DNA of 64,000 nucleotides, taken from the NCBI GenBank assembly GCA_907165135.1, contig OU015569.1, forward strand, positions 1,116,001 through 1,180,000, written 5' to 3'. Made by a program: the position numbers and the translations under genes. The notes beneath the pieces were generated by a model. It worked only from the letters and a program-made list of their open reading frames with translations, did not search any database and was not told the origin of the DNA. The stretch comes from Oikopleura dioica. Lineage: Eukaryota; Animalia; Chordata. This document shows, piece by piece, positions 49,463 to 60,861 of the stretch (the first letter of the stretch is position 1; each line of letters opens with the position of its first letter).

Positions 49463-49708
49463 AGCCTCATTTCTAGCGCTGTTTAAAAATTCTTTCAGAT
49501 ACCCTGCTGGATTTCGAACGACAGGCTAGCCTTCAATCATTTTCAGACAAGCACTTGTCCAATAAATAATCCTGAAAAAAGTAAATAAGCCTTTTCTAAA
49601 GTTTATGGGGCCCAAGCAGCTCAAGCCACATAAACAACGAATTTATTGGTATTTTCAAGATTTAAAATCGGAAGCTTTTCTAACAATTTGAAGGGCAGTT
49701 GATAGATT

Positions 49709-50331
49709 TTATAGTGCATCTTTGACCATGTAAGGCGAGCCATCGAGTAAGTGCGCAGTTTCAAGGCACTTTTTCTTGTCCTAGAGAGAAGTTGAGAGAT
49801 CAAGAAAAAGAAGACGATTGAAATTCTAACCTTGAAATTGGCGAACTTGACGACAATGTCCCGTGGTCCCTCCTCACTCTTCAGGCCGAGTCGCGTTGCG
49901 GACTCAATGTCCTTCACATCAAAGTCGACTTTTAACTTCTTCGAGAACAACTCGCGAATCATATTTTCGGGGTTTTCATCTCGCCGCTCGGGAATACCAG
50001 TCACATGAACATTTCGTTGCGAAGAGAAGCGTTCGATTTCCACCAATTTCTCGTGCTATTCCGCGAATTTCAATCGGCAATGGAGATAATAATCGTTTAC
50101 CTGGCCTTCGATGATGTCTGAAAGACCATCGACTCCTCCAGTCAGCTGGTTGTGGCCCTTGGCGAGTGTTTCGTGTGTTTTGTGTAGTTTCCTCACGTCA
50201 GTAACGAGCTTTTCCAGTCGCTGATTTGTGTGGCGCTGTTTCTCAGTCAGGAAAATGGTCGAAAAGGCGAAAATCGCTCCCATCAAAATGAAGGGCGAAA
50301 CGAGGAAGCCCGCAACCGCCCGAATCGACAT
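49709..50331 (-). CDS. Membrane-anchored LINE ORF1p-like (L1 RRM-type) protein, intron-containing, ~175 aa
   Basis: Exons 50331-50101, 50055-49831, 49780-49709 (GT-AG, phase 0): N-terminal hydrophobic helix, coiled coil, then RNVHVTGIPE...ENPENMIRELF..KLKV...IESATRLG....PRDIVVKFANFKDKKKCLETAHLLDGSPYMVKDAL. Confidence 0.75.
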
Positions 50332-50481
50332 ATTTTCTGAAATAAGAAAAATAGGTTGATGAAGTTCTTAAAATTAATACTAATAGGTTGATACAAATAG
50401 ACAAAAGGAAGGACTGCAGCAATTCGAAATAAATAAATACTAAATGGGAAGACACTAACAATGAGAATTACTTCCACTTCC

Positions 50482-52455
50482 TCAAGTTATCCTTGATGCG
50501 TATGTTCGTTTGATTCTGTTGTTGCGAGAATTGATGTGAGCCAAGGCTTTAAAGCCCTTCGGCACGAACGTCTCGATCGGCGCGCAGCTGTTCGGATTTT
50601 GGTACATTTTCAGAAGGACTTGCTGGTAGTGGAAATGGAAGAGAACCCAGTTTCGCGAGCGCCGACGGTTTTGCAGCTCTTTGATCTCTTTATCAGGGAA
50701 TTTCCAGCCCTGAACTGAGAGTTAGAATTTCAAAACGAATGGAAAACCTACGTCGTGAACCAAAAAGGCTGTATTAAGAACTGCAAATTGGTAACCAGCT
50801 ACGTGGAGCTCGCAAATTTGCTGGATTCGATCAAAGCCATAAACCATAAATCGCTGAATAGTACTGTAAACAACTGTGCTACAATTTAGGTATTGAAACT
50901 TACCTCGTCGAAATATGGAACCTTGCGAGTGGCAATATAAAAAGGCTCCCAAGACTTGGTCCACGACGAGTTGAAGCTTATTTCGAGTCTTTGTTGGCCT
51001 TGAATTTGCAGCCACTTTTTCGGCTGCTCCGGTTCATGGCACCATTTGCAAGTCTGAATTTTTTAACATTGATTGATACCGATGATAGCAGAGTCTGACT
51101 CAAATCCGGGGTTACGCCGCCACTAAGAGAATCCTGTCTTGTGATTGGCTGACAGGATAACCTGTTCGCCATCTGTGGCGAACAGCTTCAAATCCCGGGC
51201 AAAGGCCTGCTATCATCGGTATCTAAGATGCTCACCTCTTCGTGAAAACTGCGGACTTCGTTTCTATTGCACGAATCTGCCAGTTCTCGCTTATCATCAG
51301 GACAGCTCGAGCCTTTCTTCTTTTCAAAGACAGGGACGACAAATACCGTCTTTTCGTTCTCGTTCTTGTCGTAAAGACTGTGCCGTATCGCGAAATCGTT
51401 AAAATCCTCGCGTAGATTGAGACTTTAAAATTTGGGAATATTAATTGTATATAATCAAAATAAAAAGTACCTTGGCATCACGTCAACATCGATCAAGAAA
51501 ATGAAAGCAGTCGGAGCTCCGCGACGAGCAGCGTTTCGAAGAACATTGTGGGGAAATGGTATGTCTCCGCCGTAGTTGGCCCGATCATCTTCGTCGCCGC
51601 CGTAGCTCTTGATCTGCTTGCGTAGATCTTCGCAGTCGTTGTACTCCAATCTTCCCGTCGACTGACATTTTAATCGCGAAAGTTTCATAATTAAATTCCT
51701 ACCTTTGACAAATCGGCTGGCAAATTAATTGGATAGACGAGATGGAAAAGGACTCGTTCCCGCACCGCTGGGAAACAACTTTTGATGGATTCGATTGCGT
51801 CTGTCGCGAAGGATGCTTCAAGGCCTGGTCCAAAGACGCCGACTGAAATTGGACCAGTCCACCGCTCAGCAAGCGAGATGACGTGATGCAAGTGGTTGGC
51901 AGAGCACATTGTGACCAAAGTCACATCCTTTGATTTTTCAACTTTAATTTTTAAAAATATGACTCGCGCTACCTCGTATCTCCAATTTGAAAAGTACTCT
52001 GGAGAGATGAAGAACATTCGTATCATATAATCGCCAGAAAAGCTTGGCAGCACTCCGGCGGGGACGTGGATTTTTGACGGATTTGAGAGAGAACTCGAAA
52101 CTGGTAACGAAGAAAATGGACGAGAGCCACGCGTGGACAAGGATGAAGATTTGGGTAGACTTGGCAAGGATTCCCAAACGCGGGTTGTGAAAGAAGAAAT
52201 GGAAGAAAAGCCTGGTATCAGTTGAATCAAGTTTGGCAGTGATTTTGAGCTTGAATTTCGAGCGATGAGAAAATGAGAGAAATGAGTTCTGGCGGATTAC
52301 CTTTTAGGCTTTGGAGAGTCGGTATCTGTAGCTGTGTCTATTCTGTACATGAGGTAAAAAGCGATAAAAAGGGTGAGCGAGACGAGTCCATAGAGAGCTC
52401 TTCTTATTCTTTGCGCCTGTGTTCTGAGTCCGCGTCTTTCTCTCCTTCGTCGCAT
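50482..52455 (-). CDS. B4GAT1: Beta-1,4-glucuronyltransferase 1 (GT49, LARGE-related)
   Basis: Type II TM N-terminus; [36 protein letters not shown] (DxD), [22 protein letters not shown]. Confidence 0.85.
51079..51219. mobile_element. Tc1/mariner-type MITE (141 bp) in a B4GAT1 intron
   Basis: TIR CCGATGATAGCAG...CTGCTATCATCGG with TA on both sides; second copy at 60727-60861. Confidence 0.88.
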
Positions 52456-52656
52456 TTCATCGCAAAGGCATTAAGTTAATACAAATGTCACTGTATTTTC
52501 TGTTATTCTAGAGTATTTTTGCCTTGGACTTAGGCCTTATTTGGTCTTCAAGCGTTGTTGGAATTTGAGATTTGATGGCGGGGCCGCGGGCAAGACACCA
52601 ACCTTTGCCTTTGCACCATTTAGCGCTCCTGGACACCTCGTAAAGCTTTCTCCTGT

Positions 52657-54489
52657 TTAGGCCTGGATGACCCTTGCCCGCAAGCTGAGCGATTGAGCGA
52701 TTGAGTGTGTTTGATCTTTATTACAAGTGTACAGGAGTTTAATAGGAACAGAACTGAGATCTGGATTATTTGCAAAGTTTGTAGCTGAAGCAAGCCAATT
52801 TTTGGAGAATTTTCGAGAAGAGAGTGCTCTGTACAAGGATTTAGATATTTTTCATAAGCAGATAAAAAATTGCTTTTTGGAAGAAATAATCTAATTTCAA
52901 AACCCTTTCAAAACATAATCAAGAACTCCGACTATCGTCGAAGCTGACATGCCGAGAATGAGACCAGCTGCGCCTCCAATGTCAGACATTAACGCTGCTT
53001 TCGTGTACTCGGGATGTTCGTGGATGTTAACTGCTTCATTGTCAAGGTTGAACATGACGGAGGTGAGTTTGAGATCGGGCAAGGCGTTAGGGTCGTGCGC
53101 GTAGTGGCCATATTGAATCGCTTCTACTTTCGTGATTCGAACGTCGCACTGATCAGAATACTCAACACTCAATAGCGAAACTTATTCGAACCTCTGGCGG
53201 ACAAACGCAATCGCTGTAGTCATATTTTTCTTGAAACGGGACGATACACTGCGCGTGCTGCTTAAATGTACAAACTGGAAGACGGCCGTCCTCTTCCTTG
53301 ATTGCAGGCGGAAAATACGTAGCTAGTAATGGCAAGTGATTGAATGGAAACGCATCGTATGAGTGTATACCTGTGCAGTTACAGTAATTCTTAGCTGCAT
53401 TTATCAGGCATTCGTGCGTGCACTGGTTTTGCGTGTAGTTTTCGTAATGCACAAGAGACTGCGATGACTTTATGCATTCGGAATAGGGCTCACCGAGAAG
53501 GACTTTCCGTTGCTGTTTCAGGTCCACAACTGGTATCCCTCTCGTGACATCTGTGAGCATGATGTATTCTGGGCCCATGAGTGCTCGATCGTGCCGACCG
53601 CTGAAAGAAAGTAGCTTAGCTGCAGAATTCAAAGCTTTTAGGCTCACGTGATGTATATTGTGAATCCATCTAAGTGATGATTCCATCCTATAAAATAGAA
53701 TTATAAAATAGAAATAAATTTAAGTGGCTTCCAACCACAATCTGTCCAGTCGGTTTTGTTGAATGCAAGAACCATCGACAGCGTCAACCGCCTCGAATAG
53801 GGTAGATTGTCGAATCTCTGCGGCTGAAAGCGCAAACAGGACCCCTTCATATTGTCGTTTATATCAGCGGAGGATGAATTTTTTACGGACCTGCTTCGAG
53901 CGGGCTAGGAGCCAACTCCTGCTGCAGTCTTGCCCTTGAAATTTGCACGCTACCATCAAAAAGGTTGATCGTATTCGCTTCTGTACACGCCCCATGTCGA
54001 TCGAGTTCAAATAAGTCCAGTTGAGCATGCTTCCATGGCTCTCCTAATCCGTTCATATAACATTGGAAAGACTTTTTGTCAGTTACGTGTCGAAATTGCG
54101 AGAAAAATGTGGGTTAATGCGTACCTCGTGTTTTCCGCCATAGTAGTAGGGAAGAGCTTCTTCTAGCCCTGGGTATTCTTCTGCGAGTTTGAGCTTGGAA
54201 TGGAGTGAGTTGAGGCACACGACTAAGCTAGGAAATTCGGCGAAGGAAGGCAATTGTTGCTTCAGGAGCGAAGGATATGATGAATATCTAAAATTTCAGC
54301 TCGTTTTTCACGGGAATTTTACCTTGCAGCATTTTCTCTTATGACGTTAAAAGAAAACGTTCCACCAACAACAAAGAAAACCACCCAGAATATCCGCCTG
54401 CATATCGAAATATTTCCATTGAGCACATACGAAAGACCTTGCGGCAAGTGTGCGACTAAAATCACATGTTCATCTAATTCGGAGGACAT
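52657..54489 (-). CDS. DEG/ENaC (ASIC-like) sodium channel subunit
   Basis: Pre-TM1 region then RRIFWVVFF TM1, FPSLVVCLNS, Cys-rich thumb (YTQNQCTHECL..AKNYCNC, CVCPPEC), TM2 ALMSDIGGAAGLILGMS. Termini are approximate. Confidence 0.85.
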
Positions 54490-55885
54490 GTTATGCCAGC
54501 CGGAATTTTATTCATTCGCTGTTCACTTTTTCAATTTATTAGAAAAAAAGAACCTTCCGCGCTGCTCTCTGATTCCGATACAAATGAAAGACTGTCTCTT
54601 CAGCTAACTAGTAATAATAAATGTAGTATTAGTATTTAATAGCGCCCTGAGTAAATTTATCTTCACGTGACTTTTCTCGTGAAAATGTTTCGTAAAATTT
54701 TATTGTTCAATAAATAATTTTCAACAACAGCTTTGATGTTTTCTCAAGGTCAAGAAGAAAGTTACCAAACTCACTCACCTCTTATATCATTTACTCGCTG
54801 GCGGATGATGGATATTCTCGAATGACGCTATGTTGGGTTTTGAACTCGATTTTTTAGTTAATTATGATTCTAGTGAAAGCACAATTAATTCTAATTTACT
54901 AATTCAGAATTAAAAAAATAGCCATAGTCGCCATAAATTCGGGTTAAACCAATTTATGGAAGTGATTTTGAGAATCAGAGTTTTGATTGGCCGGCAGGCC
55001 AAATACAGCAATCTTATTGGTAATCCAAAAATGCATTTCCATAAATTGGTTTAGTCTGTTTTTAATGTTTAAAATGAAGAATGTAAGATTTTGGGAACAA
55101 AGCCCTTCTGTAAGTTCTTTTTGGATTGTGATTTGGTTTGAAATTTAGAGTGCGAGCTTGACTGACTGAGAGATTGAAACGTCTCACATGAATGTGTTGA
55201 AAAGTCTTTAAAAAAAGGCTCACCCGTCACTTGGCAACTCTCTTTCAGCAATTACCGCCGAGAACACACATTCAAGTGTGTTGCCTGCAGCAAGCCTTTC
55301 CTGATCTCTTAGCTCGAACTGATCGCAAGATTGTTTTTTCTTGATAGATCCACCCTTGACTAGCATATTTGTCTCTCTACTGTGCAATTCAGAATGAATG
55401 AATTTCTATTGATTAAACACGATCAAGATTTAAAAATTTATTTCTTTCGAAATCGAGTATCGTTTTGAGTCGCAGCGTTATTAAAGACACCGCTTGCAAT
55501 CTGTTCATAACAAAATTAATAAATTATGAAAACAGTACAACTAGAGCACCCTCATGCGATTTTGGCAGTCGATTTCTTCATTATCGATTCTTGCTGCGAA
55601 TTCAGATACATAAATACAGTTTCTTATTAATAGCAGAGCGGCGGCGTAGTATGTCTTTTCTAATTTATAAGTAATTTGAAAATGACATCAATTTCACTTT
55701 TCGGAGGACAGCTGGGTACTATTCAGTGTTTATTAATGCACAAACCTTTACAAGTAGGGTGGTAAGATTTCGTTAGGTGAATATTATCATTATTATCGGG
55801 CACTCAATAATTAACAAGAGGGCGAAGGAAGTTTAAAATACAGGGGCCAGATGTAGAAGAAGTGGAAAGCAGCAGTCTTCAACTC

Positions 55886-56489
55886 GTAGAGAGGGGTTAT
55901 CATTCGAGCCTCTAGAATCTAGGCTAGTGGTTAGGGTTAGGGACTGGGAACTCTCAAAGGGGGCGGGCGGTCCGGGGGTGACGGCGGAAACCATTCTTTA
56001 TAAAGAATGGTTCTTTTCGCAAAGAATGGTATCCGCCGTAATTAGCGCGGTGACGGCGGAAACCATTCTTTGTTCTAGAAACAATTTGTTTACCGAAAAT
56101 GAATTTTTTATTGAAATTTATTCCAAAAAAAAATATTTTTTTTATTTAAATATCTGTTTTAATGAACTGGCTAAGTCACAGAGTTTCCTCGAAGACAGGC
56201 GCGGAGCGCACACCCGCTCGTTGACTGAATTTCACATCGGCTGCTTAGCCCAATTCTGATTCCCGAAAAGAACCATTCTTTATTTTTCGAAAGAAAAAGA
56301 ACCATTCTTTGATTTTCAAAGAATAGTTCTTTTGCAAAGAACCATTCTTCATAAAGAATGGTTTCCGCCGTCAACCTCCGGGGGCGAAGCCCCCTGGTTT
56401 AGGCCTTAGGTGGGGGGGTGGTCCTGGGGGGTGTAGCCCCTGCGTTAGGTTTAGGGTTGGGGGCAGCTCGAATGATAACCCCCTACTAC
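55886..56489 (+). mobile_element. TTAGGG-bearing palindromic MITE, copy A (expanded by a nested insert)
   Basis: 24-bp imperfect TIRs GTAGAGAGGGGTTATCATTCGAGC / GCTCGAATGATAACCCCCTACTAC; TTAGGG-type units near both ends; homologous to 58090-58261. Confidence 0.75.
55979..56373. mobile_element. Nested MITE with AAGAATGG/CCATTCTT subterminal repeats
   Basis: ~38-bp TIRs TGACGGCGGAAACCATTCTTTAT..AAGAATGGTTCTTT; absent from copy B. Confidence 0.75.
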
Positions 56490-57127
56490 CCAACAGTCTT
56501 CAATTGGGAGCTCGAAGCTTCACTTTCTAACATGCGTGAAAATCATGGTCGACATATGTACCAGAACATCAATGATGCAATCGCGAATTTCCTGATTAGA
56601 AGGACTGACGAGAGTCCGTTTTTTTTTTGACATTTGCGAGAAATTTGAACGAGAAAGATGAAGAGATGAGAAGAAGTATTGCGCGAGTGACTACTTTTTA
56701 TTATGTAGCAGAATTCGTGATGTGATGTTTTGCTTCTTTTGACTCTTCGTAAACGTAATGAAGCTTCTCATTTTCAGGCCTTGAGAAGAGGAATTGCGTT
56801 TATTCTGGCCCCAGCGACCACGAAGAAAACAGCAAACAGCGCAGAAGAATTCTCCAATGTCGTCGACATAAAGCCATCTAGCGAGCATTCTTTCATCATA
56901 TGTACAGGGCAGCATCAGACGCTAGCTATATTTACAAAAAAAAAACGAAAAAATTGTGTGAAATGAAAGTTTTTGAGTTTTTCAAAAAATCGCTTTCATG
57001 AATTTGAAAAAAAAAAGAATATTGCGAATAAATCAATTATCCGCAATTATCAATGTATCTGAATATAAAGGGTGATTCATAGTTAGTATTTAACTGTAGT
57101 TTCTGTTCTTCGTCTTTCAGGGTCTTT

Positions 57128-59143
57128 TTAGCTCAAGCATTCGCCGTTCTGAAACAAGTGGTTTAAACTTTTATTTTTTTCGGCTCGAAATTTTGTACCT
57201 CGGCGATGGTTCCGTCTCTGCAGCAGACTTGATTCTTTCCCAAAGAGTAGACATTCATCTTGTTGCAGCAGCGCTGGCCCATTTCGGGTCGGTAGGGAGA
57301 GCTAAAAAGCAATTTATGCTTCTCTCTTGTATCCGGCCTATGTTTTTGGAGAAAACAAAATCTGCTCGATTTTCTAAGGCTCGCTGCCCTCAGAAACGTC
57401 AACTCTATCATCTGAACACGTCGAAAAAGTGACGAACGGTGATCTTTCTTATTCTCCACCCAAGTGGCCACTCTCCCTTTCCCCGGCATAATTTTAATTC
57501 AAGGATGTGATTGAAAAAAACACGGTGGATTCAAGGGGGATAATGGCGAAATTAACGACGCAGTGGTACTTTCCGGCCCACTTGATTTGACACTTGCTTG
57601 TGTAACTAAAGACGTGCAATCCCTCCTATTACTAAATCGGCCCCACTAGAATGCAACAAGTACAATTTGTTTTGATTATCGAATGAGCTACTTACTAATT
57701 TTCGAAAGAATCTCCGCAGCAGGCAAATCCATTGTGAACATTAACTTCTTTGGCGAGTTGGTAATCCTCCTTAATTTATTCGAGAAACAATTTTTCGATT
57801 TTTTCTTACCGAGAAAGTATGATGTGCGCGCTGAAAGCCCTTTGAGAAGGAATTGCCCTGGACCTGGCAGCTTTCGTCCGCCCTGAATCCGTTCGACTTG
57901 GCATTGTCGCTCTCTGCCACTTCATCGAGCGTGTCGGGCTGGACCTTTTCGGCCATGTCCAGCGCAAAAGCCAGGTCACACTCGCACAGATTCCGCTCGC
58001 AGCTGCCCTCCGCATCTGAACGTAACGTTTTCAAATGAGCATGTATGAGGTTTTAAGTTCATCGCCTGCCCTTTTTACATGTTTCATAAGTAGAGAGGGG
58101 CTATCATTCGAGCCATCCAATATCTCTAGAATCTAGTAGTTAGGGTTAGGGACTGGGAGCTCTTAGGGGTCCGGGGCGAAGCCCCTAGTTTAGGCCTTAG
58201 GTGGGGGTCCCGGGGGTTAGGGTTAGGGTTAGGGGCAGCTCGAACGACAACCCCCTACTACCGTTTCATTAGTAGTGCATGCTTCCGCTTTTTTTTGAAA
58301 GAAAATCATAGCGGGAAGTTGTGTAATGAGGAGTGTAATGTTCGTCAATTTAAAAAATGTGAGGCGAAAAAAGTCGGAGCAGGGATCCTTTTGTAGGGAT
58401 GCTTAAGACTTGGCTGTGATTGGGGTGAATGACCGCAGCGACAACTAGCAGTTGGGTTTTGGACGCCCCGCCAAGGAAGCCACAAAGAAAGAATCAGACA
58501 GCGCTAGAATCTAAATTCGTGGAGCGAACTTATCACTTCCAAAAATATAACATTCATTCTCAACAGAGAAGGAAGGGATTCACTTCAGAAGTGGAGTGAA
58601 TTTTGCCTGATAGAGAAAAAAAAACGTGTGCATTGGCACTCAGGGCCGGATAAAACTTGATCCGGCCAAATTTAAGCAATCGGTAAATGAGGAAGGTGTC
58701 AGTTATGGGATCAGCAACGTGCTCGTAACTGTTCACAAATCTTGAGCACCGTAAAGAGCACTTCAATTATCCACGTGAGCGTCTTTTTCCAAAAAGTATT
58801 ATCCGCTTTGGGCTTACCTCCGCAGCTCAGGACACGCACGCCCGGGGCCGACTCGTATCCTCGAACTTTGTATTGCGTCGCGTCTGGGGAGCAGGAGCCA
58901 GAAGAGTTGATAAAGTTGCACTTGTGGCAGTTGTACAAGCGCTTGCAAGTTCTGAACGTCCCCGTTGGAGCCGATTTGTTGAAAATAAAAAGCGATTACC
59001 TGTCTACTTCGTCTTTTGGGCGACCTTGTCCACCAAGAATCGTCCGACCACGCGGCCAGCAATGGCATCCATATTTCTTGAAAAAAAAAATTTTATCTCG
59101 CAATAACGAAAAAAAGATTTGCCTTGACTGTGGATCGAACACA

Positions 59144-59187
<44 letters not shown>

Positions 59188-59721
59188 AAGGCAGTGAAGG
59201 ATGGCTGTCTTACGAAAATTATATAATATTCTTGCGCTCAGCTCAGCTCAGTGATTTTTGAAAATGAGCTGATCTGCTCAGCTCAGTTCAGACAATTATC
59301 ACTTAGCTCAGCTCAGCTCAATGATTTTAACACAATTTTACTGCTAAAAACGCAGTAAAAAACGGCTCAGCTCAACCAGCTCAGCTCTAATTAGGGTCCG
59401 CTCAGCTCAGCTCAACTACCTTAAAAAAGGTCTGCTCAGCTCAGCTCCGCTCAATGACCTCTGAAAAAGGCCAGCTCAGCTCATTTACCTCCAAAATAGC
59501 CCTGCTCAGCTCAGAGGAATTTTAACTCAGCTCAGCTCAACAAAAATAAAGCAAAATTTGCAACTCTGGTATGCGCTTACCTTGAAGATAGAAATGAACT
59601 TGTTGGGCGGCTTCTGCAGCATGAACATGGTCATTTTCATGATTCTGCCCATATTTCGAACCCTGATTCCTCCATCAACAAAAGTCGGCTTCGGCTCACT
59701 AAAAACAGTGTTGATACTCAT
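57128..59721 (-). CDS. Secreted phospholipase A2-fold protein, probably non-catalytic, with a Cys-rich tail; 5' exons probably extend to >=60700
   Basis: Spliced: ...FISIFK|KYGCHCWPRG...GQGRPKDEVDR|TCKRLYNCHKC...Y...LSCG|DAEGSCERNLCECDLAFA...ACCGDS...RCCNKMNVY...VCCRDG...GECLS*. Confidence 0.7.
58090..58261 (+). mobile_element. TTAGGG-bearing palindromic MITE, copy B (in PLA2-like intron)
   Basis: Same TIRs as copy A; (TTAGGG)2 near the 5' end and (TTAGGG)3 near the 3' end. Confidence 0.75.
59109..59115 (-). terminator. RNA polymerase III terminator (T7) of tRNA-Phe
   Basis: Run of 7 T on the minus strand, 4 nt after the tRNA 3' end. Confidence 0.8.
59120..59192 (-). tRNA. tRNA-Phe (GAA)
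   Basis: GCCTTGATAGCTCAGTTGGGAGAGCGTCAGACTGAAGATCTGAAGGTCCTGTGTTCGATCC ACAGTCAAGGCA: acceptor stem GCCTTGA/TCAAGGC, anticodon arm TCAGA-CTGAAGA-TCTGA, T-loop GTTCGATCC. Confidence 0.97.
59235..59568 (+). mobile_element. hAT-like GAGCT MITE, 5'-truncated copy 2
   Basis: Homologous to 62123-62493; retains the right TIR TTTGCAACTCTG. Confidence 0.82.
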
Positions 59722-60425
59722 TGATGATCAGTGTTCAAAAAAGAAAGTTGTTGTGGAAAGCGCGAAAGAGAGATGCTGTGGGACTCGTGTTCCCTTCGCC
59801 ATCGACACAAGTTACAAACTTTTTCGCGTGTTCTAAAAGTCGAACACGGGGTAAAAACTCGCCGCTCCAAAACGCCTGTTTTACTTTTATATAAAATTCA
59901 ACTTTCAATTTTGTAATGATTATGATCGTTGATTCGGGGAAGAAACGATTAACGTGGCTATCAGTATCAATGTTCCAAGCGGAAGCGTAAAATCTTACAA
60001 ATGAGCGATCCTCCTCACAGAGAGGGAAGCGACTTCTCGAAGACTGGAACTAGATAATTACAATAACCAGCGCGTCATCGAAAAACTGCCTGTTCATCAC
60101 AAATCATGACATCGAAATCAACATCGAATTTGTCAATTATCGAATTTACCATCAAAAAATTTAGCGAAAAAGCTATTTGAGAAAAGCTATTCAGAAATTT
60201 TAAGCATTTGCATAAAGTCTTATTTAGCTTTGCTTGTCACGTTTTTGGGAGACGGCGTCTCGTTGAATTGAGGCCATGAGATTCTGATTAATTCTAAGAG
60301 AGCTAGAGCTTGATGCAATTTCCATATCGACGGGCAGTGGTGTATTTCACGCGCAGCACACACGTACTTTTTGCTTCTACACCTCGCGCGCTTATTCTAT
60401 TACTCCAGGCGAATAACTTTACGTA

Positions 60426-60486
60426 CAATGGGTTCCTCTACTCCCGCCCCGACCCTAACCCTAACCCCCAGTAGAGGAACCTATTG
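60426..60486. repeat. 61-bp hairpin element with a (CCCTAA)2 loop
   Basis: CAATGGGTTCCTCTACT / AGTAGAGGAACCTATTG inverted arms around CCCGCCCCGACCCTAACCCTAACCCCC. Confidence 0.6.
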
Positions 60487-60726
60487 TCCAACAAAGGAAG
60501 GAAGCATTCTACTAGTAAAAACGGCGACTTACGAGCTCTTGAGAACAGGAAAATCGTCGAGAAACTTGGTAGTAAGAGAAGTGTCGTTTACTTGGTACAT
60601 CCAGACTTGATCGTCGTCGAATGCGTCCATGTAGTCTGGGTATTCGGGCTCATTTCTTTCGATGACGAATGAGCTCTCGTCTTTTCCATGGTCAGAAAGC
60701 ATTTCAAAAAGACAAAAAATAGACTA

Positions 60727-60861
60727 CCGATGATAGCAGGCCTTTGCCCGGGATTTGAAGCTGTTCGCCACGGATGGCGAACAGGTTATCCGGTCAGCCA
60801 ATCACAAGAGAGGATTCTCTTAGTGGCGGCGTAACCCCGGATTTGAGTCTGCTATCATCGG
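60727..60861. mobile_element. Tc1/mariner-type MITE (135 bp), copy 2
   Basis: Reverse-orientation copy of 51079-51219 with TA flanks; lacks a 6-bp duplication present in copy 1. Confidence 0.88.

Noticed and set aside
50978-51172. [16 protein letters not shown]... and its twin at 60774-60971
   Set aside because: Both start inside the mariner MITE copies; not genes.
58138-58234. TTAGGG repeats as a true telomere or fusion scar
   Set aside because: Only 2-3 units, embedded in a dispersed repeat family with genes on both sides.
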